Positions 27,686-37,751 of a stretch of DNA of 64,000 nt are shown piece by piece. The stretch is from Bugula neritina. Its lineage: Eukaryota > Animalia > Bryozoa. The stretch covers positions 25,250,628 through 25,314,627 of the forward strand of contig OZ037767.1 in assembly GCA_964035545.1 (NCBI GenBank). The letters run 5' to 3'. The translations under genes were made by a program, and so were the position numbers. How positions within the stretch are numbered: the first letter of the stretch is position 1; every line of letters begins with the position of its first letter. Under the pieces are notes generated by a model. The model made no database searches and had not been told where the DNA came from. It worked only from the letters and a program-made list of their open reading frames with translations.

Positions 27686-29750
27686 TAAAAATAATAATCA
27701 ATACATAATACCGATAGTCAAAAAAAAAAAACACAGCCAGGATAATTTCAAAACACAACGAACCTAAAACACAATGGAATGCTTTTCAAATTTTCAAATA
27801 AACGTACACACTATTGAAACAAACGATAACATTGCATATTTGAATTAATTTATTATTTGGGATAGTATACTGTAATATTGTTCGTTAGTCTGACTCAGCA
27901 GTGCAGTGAGGCTTTCAAGAAATTCATTCTTATTTGTTTACTAATCGGTGTAAAATTGAACTAGTATTTCCATACCCAAAGCGATTGTAATAACAGATAA
28001 GATAAAGATGGTTAAAAACCTACTTGGAAGTTCCTATTCCCTCAGATGTTAGGAAATGTCTATTAGTAGCTCATCTTTTCAAAAGAGATAATAGTAAGTA
28101 TTGTGTACCTTCTTTCACAATAGTTGAGTTGAATTGGTATCTTCTTATATAAAAGAAAGAAAATATAAACAGAGATCCATATTCAATCTACAACCTCAAC
28201 TTGAACATTCTTATTTCTAATATAGTTAGATAAATACTCATCATAATGCAGGTAAGATACAGTGTTTGATTAGTTAAATGCTGTTTAAATGTACTAATTG
28301 AAATACAAATAGCTATAATTGCAATAATGACATACTTTATTTATTATGTTGAATAGTATAGGCTTTAAGTTTTTTAATTGTTAAAAACTTTTTCTTATTA
28401 AGCTAATTAAACATTATTTTCAGTGGATCTGTGTATTTTTATGATTTAGGTAACTTCAAGAGTTCAATTTTGTGTTCTACTGATGGCTGTGCAAGGAATA
28501 GCTAGCTATGTTTCTGGGTCATCAGGTAATACTGGAAGAGCCCTGAAAAGAATATCAGATATTAATGACGAAGCCATGAAACAGGCATTGATACTGGTAC
28601 GTATATTCGTTATAAGTAAAAGTATAACTATTGGTATTGGGAGTTTATGTTATAGTACACTTTGCAATCAAAACATTTTCATGAAATACAAGTTACAGTA
28701 CTTGTACATATATGAATAGCTTTGAAAATTATAGTACTATTGTTATATTATTTAAATAAATTATTACATCAAATATAGAAAATGAGTTCGTATAGTACTC
28801 ACTGAATGACAGGAAACATGTGTTGTAGCCTGATATGAGTAGCAGAGTTCAGTTATACAGCCATCTTGGAAACAGATTTCTGTATGTTCAACAGAAGTCC
28901 AACAATAATCAGGAAAGACTACTTAAAGCAAGAAATTCTGACTCTCACAAAACCAGTATGCTTTTTGCTAACTTTTGTTGACTTATTATAATTATATAAT
29001 TGCAGTTTTATAGATACAATTTCTACCATGCCATATTATTATACTACAATATTTTTTTTGTTTCCATTTAAATTTTCGCCTTTAGTATAATACTTTTATT
29101 AATTTGTACTTTTATCATATTTATGGCGATCTAGAAGTTCTAATGGGAAATCCTATCTTGTAACATTCATGACAAATGCTGGAGTAGCCAACTATAATGG
29201 TAATTCACCTCTTCACCCAGATGGAGTTCTTGAGAGATTAGTCAGATCTGGAGACCGTCTGGTCGCTAAGGTAAAGACATTCGCACGCATTAGTTATTCA
29301 CAGATATTTACATATATATGACAAGTCATAAGTATATTGTAGGCTACTTACTGCACACAATGGTTTTATTCCATTAATAAACTTGAAGCCTTTGTTTTTT
29401 CCTAGTTAACTTTTATATTTGTTATCAAATTAATTGTAGTTTTTTCTAAACAATATTTTTACAAACTTCGAGTTTATAGTGCTTTTACCACGGCTGAGTG
29501 TAAAATATGGTGCATTGACTTTTTGCACTGACACACAAAAGTGGCAAAAACTAAAAGGTATTTTCAAAAAGTGAACTCACTTTTTCACAATTCATCAACC
29601 TATACTCTTATGTTGTAGAAGGTGGATATTGATGAAGCTGCACATTTTCTGGTTAAACGATTTCCTCCAGTTTGTAATGAGACTAAAGATTACTCTTTAG
29701 AGAAACCTCTCCATGTTCAACTCATGCTCATAGATGTTGATAGTGAATAT

Positions 29751-30143
29751 TGTGATAGTTTTGTGGATTGTGAATGAAACTAGTGCTGTTACATGCTTGT
29801 ATGAGAAACAAGGCGAGAAATAAGGTAGAATGTAGATAATCTTTATTGTAGTATAGTCCGAGTGAATCAAATGGTCTTTATCCAACGAGCTCCAGTAGTA
29901 GACTGAACTATACTGGAACTCGCTGGCTTTTATATACATGCAGGACAAAGACATTCCTTTGTTTGCCGAGATCGGAGACCCGAAACACCGAATATCGGCA
30001 TTTCGGGAATCCGAAACGCCGAATCCGGCATTTCGGTACTTCGGTATTCCGATATGCCGAGAATCGGCATATCGGTGTTTCGGAGGACCGAAGTACCGAT
30101 CTCGGCAGCAAAGGACACACACACACAACATAAATTTACCACA
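29751..30143 (-). repeat. 3' LTR
   Basis: 393 bp; I find only 2 differences from the 5' LTR. AATAAA (minus) at 29842-29847, TATA at ~29928-29935. Preceded on the minus strand by the G-rich tract gatggggggtgtg. Confidence 0.95.
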
Positions 30144-30447
30144 CACACCCCCCATCGGAAAGCATGCTTTCCGATAAAGAGGCGTACACAACACAAACAC
30201 ACAACAGGGAATGACACGACAATAAAACACACAGTTGAAAGTAACACACGAAAAAAAATATGGTAAACATGCAGTGATAGTAATAATACAATGATAACAC
30301 AAAAAAAAAACAGGGAAGATTTGTGCACACACAAGAAACACAGAGCATGAATAGGTACATGCATTACATGAAGCACTTACACCAAATAATAAACAAACAA
30401 AGAATAAGAGTAGAAGAGAAAAGAAAAAAAAAACTATACAAATAGTC

Positions 30448-33400
30448 TCAGCGGCGGTCGCCAGATCGACCCCGCTCCAGGCGGCTAACTCGTCTCCGGA
30501 GTTGCCCCAGCTCCTTTTCATATCTGCGGAGCTGCCGGCGTAACTGGTGAACCTCCTCTGCCAACTGAGCTGACGTCTGGTGCCTAGGGCGGTCGGTAGT
30601 ATCACGGGCAGGACGTCGCTGGCGGTGCGTCTGCTTCTCGCCCGCCGCCGAGGGTCGGGGGCCCAGGTCCGATGAATCGGCCCTGGCACCTGGTCCGACC
30701 CGTGCCAGCATGACCCGAAGTGGCTGGGTGGCTGCCGGTTGGGGTGTCGCGGCGGGCTCCCCTTCTTCCTCCCGAACAGGCCTACACGCGGGGAATCCCA
30801 GGGCGAGAGCAGCCCGTTTGTGGGGATCCGCCACGTGTGGCAGCACCAGGTCCCGAAATTCGGGAAAGGAGGCCTGGTCTACAGCAAACGTGTAGCCCGT
30901 GTGGCAGTGAGCTATGCGCTGATGTCTCAACACATAGTCTCTCTGGTAGGAGAACTCCCCACACGGGCAAAACACGTTGATGTAATGCTGAGGGGCGTGT
31001 ACGCGCAACCGCCGTGCAGAGGAGAATTTCCTCTTACACTCATGGCAGATGCGGTTGCCCGGCTCACCGCAAGCATCACCAATCTTTAGGTTGGTGGGTC
31101 CAGTCACCCAATACTGGCGGGCGACCAGGGCCCGAGGCAGGGCCAGTATTGGGGAGGCATCTTCTTCTGCTGGCAGGTGGTCGCCGTGTAGGATGCCCTG
31201 CTCCTCCCCGGCCGTGAGCTGAAGCTCGACCGGTTTGGGGTCAGGGCCAACCATGGCGGAACACACCTCTGTGGAGGAGGTGGCGGCCTGCTGGCTGGTA
31301 GAAGCCGAAGCAAGGCCCGGTGGGGGAGGGGAGTCGGACCGACTGGCCTCCTCAACGTCCATTCGCTCCTCTAGAATAGATAGTAGAGGCTGTGAGAAGC
31401 CGGTCTCACTATCGCCGAAATTCGGCACAGGTGTGAATGGAGATAAGTTAAAAACCGAGGGCCGAGGTGTATCGCAGAAATTGACTGAGCCTACATCGTG
31501 ATTCAACAATGTATCAATGGCAGAGTCATCTCCGAGATCCATCTCGGCCTCCGGTTCTAAGATATCAGAACCAAGTAAGTCTAGTAAAGACCAGTCTACT
31601 GTAGTTTGATTAGACTCCGCAACTGGAGGATCTAATCTAGAAGAAATACCTGATTGTGTATCTGGTAGAGTGATCCCCATAGCCGCTGATAGCGTAGGGA
31701 GAATAGTGGTAAAATCAAAATGAGTATTAGAATCAGAATTTAGTTTGAGTTGCAACTGCCGTGCGAGCTGTGTGAAGTCAGAATGAGAAATGGCCGAACC
31801 TCGTGCTTCAGAAGTTTTACCTGCTGAAGCCCGAGTCGCGTGGCTCGTGGGAATTTCCCCCGGATTTCGAGAAGACAACTCGCGTGATCGAGTGTCTTCC
31901 GAAATTCGGTCGGCCATTTCTTCTTCTTGGTGGAATTCTCCGGGGTGATGGAGGGAATTTCCAACCAAGATGGGGTGGCAGTCAGTGTGGGGGGGGTCTT
32001 CCTCAGGAGGGGGCCCCTCCAGGTGTCCTACAGCATAGTCTGCCAGGTACCTGGGAGGTCTTCTTGGCCGCTGGCTCCTCTCAAGTGGAACAGACTCTGG
32101 TGGTGTTGGTGGCTCCTGGGCTACCCTGGTAGGGGGGTCCCCGTCTTCACCCCGTACGGGGGTGGGGGTGTCCTCCCCCGGGAAGGGTTGTGAGCCAAGG
32201 GCTTGCTGCTGTTCCTGCTCCCGCTCTGCTCTCTGCTGTCGCTCCAGCTGCTCTATCAGGGCGGCTTGCTCCTGGTCTGCCTCCCTGGGGACCATGATCT
32301 CCACCTCACGGGGCCGGGTGGCCCGTCCACGACGGTTGGGCTGACGGTGGGGCTCCAAGAGGGGTGGAGCCTGACCCACCGCGTCTGGGCTGGCATGGTA
32401 AGGTTTGAGGCGCTGCTCGCTCTGGACAGAGACCTGTCCAGAGCGCTCCACACGGTATGTGTGGTTGGGCAGCACCTCTACTACGCAGTAGGGGCCGACG
32501 AACTTGGGCTGAAGCTTAGCCGACTGTCCGCGCCGCCTTCGGTAACTCACCATCCAGACCCAGTCTCCCACTTGGTACAACGGGGGCTCCTCTGAGTCCT
32601 CTGTGCGGGTCTGCCACTGCTGGGTGCGCAGCGCATCATGAGCTTTGCCCATGATGTCCATCAGACCCTCCACATATTCGTGTACCGGTGACTCGGGGGC
32701 AGGAACATGGTACGTCAGGTGTTCTGGGACCCGCGTCTCCCGGCCTAACATCAGGAAGTTTGGGGTCTCCTGCGTGGCGGAGTGTGGTGTGCTGCGGTAA
32801 GCCCGCATGATCTGCGGCAGCACCACGTCCCATTCTTCTTGACCTCGACCAAGCAGCAGGCTCCGGAGCGCGTCACCCAACATCCTGTTGTTCCGCTCGA
32901 CGACTCCGTTCCCTTGCGGGTGATATGGGGTGGTCCGACTCTGGTTCACCCCCCATATCCGGCAGAGGTCTCCCATGAGCTGGGACTGGAACTGGGCACC
33001 CTGGTCTGTATGTATCTGCTCGGGCAAACCGAGGTAACAGAATACATGTTGGTCCAGGGTCCGGGCCACCGTGGGGGCGGTGGCGTCTGGAATAGCCAGA
33101 GCATCTGCCCACCGGGTAAAGTGGTCCGTGAGCACCAGTATCCAGGTGTTTCCTCTGGCGGATAACGGCATAGGCCCGACGAGGTCTACCGCCACTACTT
33201 GCCACGGTCGACCAGCGTACAGCCGGCGTCGACCAGTGGTTTCCGTGGGGCGGCCATGCTTGCTAGCTTGGCAGACCTCGCATTGCCGTACCCGCAGTCG
33301 TACGTCCCGAGTCATTCCGGGCCAATACCAACGCAGCCGCAGACACCTGATGACCCGACTGACTCCAGCATGAGCCTGCTTATGGGTGTCCCAGATCAGT

Positions 33401-36400
33401 TCCCGCCGGAGGGCGCGTGGACAGACGACGCGGTCCCTCTTCTGCTGGCGGTTGTCTGCTGCTAACGTTATCATCAGGAGGCCATCAGGACTGACCTTGA
33501 GGGCATCCCAGCGACGACAGAGGAGTTGGAACTCAACGTCTCCCTGCCGCTGCTGTTCCTCGCTAGGTCGTCGGCCCTCCTTCTTGGCCCGGAAGATGTC
33601 CGCTACCGCGCCGGGTAGCGTCTCCTGGAGTCGGCACAGCTCCTTGACGTTCTGGTGCAGAGTAGGGTTGACGTGGAGCGCCTGGACACCGTCCTGGTGG
33701 GTTTCGGTCCGAAGATGGCCGTGCTCCCACCGGTAGGCGGTGCCCTCCACTAGCTCTGTTTCCACGTCAAGGCGAGCGGGTCCCCCGTCCCGCTGTTCAA
33801 TGTGCAGGCATTGCTTACAGTCCTCTACCGGCCGGCGGCTCATGCCGTCGGCGTTCCCATGCTTCCGGCCTGCACGGTGCTCTATACGGTAAGAGAACTC
33901 GGCAAGAATCTCTAGCCAACGAGCTACCTGGCTCGAGGGCTCTGCACGTTTACACAGCCATATCAGTGATGCATGGTCTGTTCGCAAACGGAACGATTTC
34001 CCATACAGATATGGCCGAAAGTGCTTGACCGCCTTGACTACTGCTAGGAGTTCCTTCCTAGTGGTGCAGTAGTTCTTCTCGGCGGCCGCGAGAGTCTTGC
34101 TATAGTAAGCCACGACCACCTCACTTCCACCCTGGACTTGAGACAGGACGGCTCCCACGCTGTGGTCGCTGGCGTCGGTGTCCAGGATGTACTCCTTGGC
34201 TGGGTCAGGATACGCCAGGATTGGCGCTTCCATTAGCCGTTGCTTGAGGTGGTCGAATGCCTGCTGCTCCTCCTGTGTCCACTGCCACCGGACTACCTTT
34301 GCGGTCAGCCGATTTAACGGCTGAGCCACTCCTGCGAAACCAGGTATGTACTGCCGGTAGTACCCTACTAGGCCCAGGAATGCACGCAACTCAGGGAGGT
34401 CGCGGGGAACAGTCCACTCCTTCACAGCTTGTACCTTCTCTGGATCGGTAGCGACCCCATCACGGCCAACCACATGGCCCAGGTATGTGACTTCTGGCTG
34501 CAGGAGTGCGCACTTGGAGGGCTTCAGCTTCAGTCCGGCTGCCCGGAGACGGTCAAAGACCTCCCGCAGACGACTGACATGAGTCGAAAAGTCTGGGGAG
34601 ATGACAATGACATCGTCCAGATAGATGAGGAGGGTCTTCCAGTGTAACCCACTGAGGACTTGCTCCATGAGCCGTTGGAATGTTGCCGGAGCGGACGTTA
34701 GTCCAAATGGCAGTACTTTCCACTTCCAGAGCCCGTCGCGAGTAATGAATGCTGCTTTGTCCTGGGCATCAGGACTGAGGGGCACTTGCCAGTACCCGCT
34801 AAGCAGATCCAAAGTACTGAAGTACTTGCTACCCGCGAGGGCATCTAGAGACTCATCTATCCGTGGGAGAGGGTAGGCGTCCTGGATGGTGGCGTTGTTG
34901 AGTCTGCGGTAGTCTACGCAGAATCTCCAGCTACCATCCTTCTTCTTGACCAGGACCACTGGGGAGCTCCACGCACCGTGGGCAGGCTCAATCAGATCCC
35001 GGTCCAGAAGATCCTGTACCTGTCGGCTCACCTCCTTCTCCTTCTCCGGGCCCAGACGTCGGGTAGGCTGCCTGATGGGAGTGGTGTCGGCTGCCAGGGG
35101 TATCTCGTGAGAGATAACCTTAGTCAGCCCCATGTCTCTATCGCCACAACTGAAGACATCACTGTACTCCGCGAGTAGTTGAGCCAGTACTTGGCGTTCA
35201 GTACTACTCGTACAGTTTCCACATGCTCCGCCATACAGGTCAGCCAGATGCTCCGGGACTGCTTCTCGTCTGGTGTGAGGGGGGTTTCCCTGGTTGTCGG
35301 CCACTGTCTCCAGTGCCGGACCCACATCCGCTTCCTGGATGGAGTGGTACTTCCCCACCAGCGCTCCAGCCGATAGTTGGACAGGTTCCGTGAAGGGGTT
35401 GATGCACTGCACGAGGAGCTCTTGCCGACAATCTAGCCGATTCAGGCTGTTTGCTAGTCGGATGGCTCCGTGCGTTCCTTCAACCATCCCCAGGCCGGCG
35501 ATCCCCTTGCAGTTGACTCTGCATCGGAGAGTCGCCTGGGACCTCCCCGGAACTGTGCAGTCCCGCACTACCTGGACTCCGCCCACCAAGGGCCTGCCAA
35601 ACTTGTCAACACAGACAAGTTCCTTCCCAGCCATCACCACCACTGACTTCTGGAAATCCATGTGACACTGGTGTTTCTCCAGAAAGGGCATTCCCAAGAT
35701 GGCGTCCTCCTTCAGCTGGCTGACTATGAACGTCTCGTGAACTGCTTGATCACGGACGCGTCCAGGTAGTGAAATGACGCCGTAGAAAGGAATGCATGAT
35801 CCGTCCGCCAACGTACCATGCGCACCTTCATACGGCTCGAGGCTCGCCCGCTCTCGTGCACCAAGGGTGTCAAAGAGACGCCTACTCAGCAGGTTGGTAG
35901 TGCACCCAGTATCCAGTAGGAATGTGGCAGCTTTACCCGAAATCTTCCCGGGCAGGAACTAGCTGCTTCCATACGGCTGGGTGCTCCTGGAGCGGTCAGT
36001 CTCTGGGGGAGACACGACTTGGGTCCGCACAGCGGGCCTCCTCTTTGTCTTAGAGACAACGGGGGTTTTCTGAGGTCGGGAGGGTAGCTTGGGATACTCT
36101 TGCGAGTAAGCTGAATCCTCCTCCACAACCTCCTCGGGCAACCCCGCGAACCGGTTACGGAGTGGCCAGGCTGGAGGATCGGGTAGACCTTGCGGCCTCC
36201 GAGATCTCCGAGGTGCCTGCCATCCGGTTTCTTCTAGTTCCATCCGGGTATCGAGTGGCAGGGCAGGAGGATCGGGTAGGCCTTTCGGTCTCCGAGATCT
36301 CCGGTTTGCGTGCCACTCGATGTAGGTCGACTCTGGAGAGGTCTCTTCTGTTGTCTTCCGAGTCCTATCCCGGACCGGATTGGCGTGGGGCCCACGGGTG

Positions 36401-36411
36401 GCGGAATTCAC
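30448..36411 (-). CDS. pol: Gypsy Pol (protease, RT, RNase H, integrase) with a long C-terminal extension; one in-frame TAG at 35959-35961
   Basis: ORFs 36411-35959 and 35811-30448 are in the same frame. Protease LLDTGCT (~35905-35913), RT LPFGL..YLDD, RNase H TDASD..KELLAV, integrase HHCC, D,D(35)E and GPY motif, then a ~530-aa extension. Confidence 0.93.
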
Positions 36412-37307
36412 CGTGAGCCTCGGGTGTTCAAAGGCTTCTGTCCCTTAGGGCAGTGCCTTCTCACATGTCCTGGCATCCCGCACTCCCAGCAAGTGGGCAT
36501 AGGGGGGCGGACAGGGTCGTCCCGCGAGCGGGGAGCCCGCCTGTCCGTCTGGTTGCGCTGCAACTCCGTCACTGTAGCCTGCAGGCCTTTCATCATGCTC
36601 ATCAGCATGTTGAGCTGCGTCTGCTCAGGTGACGGGGTAGCTGCTGCTGCCACTTGTGGGGTTGGGGGTACCTCTTCTGCATCTCCGGCCACCTGGCGAG
36701 CTGCGTAGTTCGCCCTCCGTGGCTCTTCCACCTGGAAGTAGGCCTTCCCCATCTCTAGTGCTTCGTCCAGGCTCTTGACTTTTGCGGCTAGCCAGTACCG
36801 CTGGAGATCCAGGTGGTTCACACTCCGGAAGAACGCGTTAAAAACGAGGCGCTTCCGATCGTCGCCAGTGGCGTGACCGAAAGCAGCCTGAGCCAGGCGC
36901 TCTACCTCGTTAGCGTGATCTTCCAGAGATGTTCTTCGGTCTCTCCTCATCACTTGTAGCTGGTCTGACGCCTCTTCCGTGGTCAACCCGAACCGGGCCC
37001 TAAGAGCCCGCAAGATGTGGGCTTCGTCGGGTCCCAGTGCGAAGTTCCTGGCCCGGCCTGTCAGACAGGCCCGGAGTTGGAGGACGCGCACCCGTACTGG
37101 CCATTCAGCGGTGGCGGCCACGTCCTCGAACTCCTTGATGAACTGTTCCACGTCTCCATCTCCTCCGAAAGTCGGGGGCTGGAGGCGATACCTGTCACCA
37201 GGTGCTGCCTGTCCTTGCCCCCGCAATCCCTGGAGGGCTGTGACCAGCGCCTCAATAGTGAGGGCTGGTGGTGCTGCTGCCTCAGGGGCTGGGTCCCCTG
37301 GGGCCAT
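36408..37307 (-). CDS. gag: Gypsy Gag, 299 aa, with CCHC zinc knuckle
   Basis: PPTFGGDGDVEQFIKEFE capsid-type motif; CWECGMPGHVRRHC knuckle; starts just after the PBS. Confidence 0.93.
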   Translation of the reverse strand: MAPGDPAPEAAAPPALTIEALVTALQGLRGQGQAAPGDRYRLQPPTFGGDGDVEQFIKEFEDVAATAEWPVRVRVLQLRACLTGRARNFALGPDEAHILRALRARFGLTTEEASDQLQVMRRDRRTSLEDHANEVERLAQAAFGHATGDDRKRLVFNAFFRSVNHLDLQRYWLAAKVKSLDEALEMGKAYFQVEEPRRANYAARQVAGDAEEVPPTPQVAAAATPSPEQTQLNMLMSMMKGLQATVTELQRNQTDRRAPRSRDDPVRPPMPTCWECGMPGHVRRHCPKGQKPLNTRGSR

Positions 37308-37337
37308 CCTATTTCTCTTAGCAACTAGCTATTCGTA

Positions 37338-37357
37338 GAATCCCACCGCTGCCACCA
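37338..37357 (-). other. Primer-binding site complementary to the tRNA-Leu 3' end
   Basis: Minus strand TGGTGGCAGCGGTGGGATTC, 1 nt after the 5' LTR. The plus strand reads GAATCCCACCGCTGCCA-CCA, the 3' end of eukaryotic tRNA-Leu(AAG/TAG). Confidence 0.9.
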
Positions 37358-37358
37358 A

Positions 37359-37751
37359 TGTGATAGTTTTGTGGATTGTGAATGAAACTAGTGCTGTTAC
37401 ATGCTTGTATGAGAAACAAGGCGAGAAATAAGGTAGAATGTAGATAATCTTTATTGTAGTATAGTCCGAGTGAATCAAATGGTCTTTATCCAACGAGCTC
37501 CAGTAGTAGACTGAACTATACTGGAACTCGCTGGCTTTTATATACATGCAGGACAAAGACATTCCTTTGTTTGCCGAGATCGGAGACCCGAAATACCGAA
37601 TATCGGCATTTCGGGAATCCGAAACGCCGAATCCGGCATTTCGGTACTTCGGTATTCCGATATGCCGAGAATCGGCATATCGGTGTTTCGGAGGACCGAA
37701 GTACCGATCTCGGCAACAAAGGACACACACACACAACATAAATTTACCACA
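37359..37751 (-). repeat. 5' LTR
   Basis: 393-bp direct repeat of 29751-30143; TATA (minus) at ~37536-37543. Confidence 0.95.

Larger units (their letters stand above)
7657..28478 (+). repeat. Tandem segmental duplication, unit ~10.4 kb (7657-18107 and 18108-28478; partial third unit from 28479)
   Basis: Colinear high identity across genes, intergenic DNA and the MITE. ATGGCTGTGCAAGG recurs at 7661, 18112 and 28483. Confidence 0.93.
29751..37751 (-). mobile_element. Full-length Ty3/Gypsy LTR retrotransposon (8001 bp)
   Basis: Two 393-bp TG...CA LTRs, 4-bp TSD ATAT (29747-29750 and 37752-37755), PBS, PPT-like tract, gag, and pol in PR-RT-RH-IN order. Confidence 0.97.

Noticed and set aside
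29697-30689. 330-aa hydrophobic minus-strand ORF downstream of pol, as a possible env
   Set aside because: It starts at GTG, spans a GT-rich low-complexity 3' UTR and the whole LTR, and ends in host DNA. The hydrophobicity and lack of stops follow from base composition; no env motifs.
30710-37338. Numerous short antisense or alternative-frame ORFs in the Gypsy element
   Set aside because: Expected in GC-rich coding DNA; no recognisable motifs.
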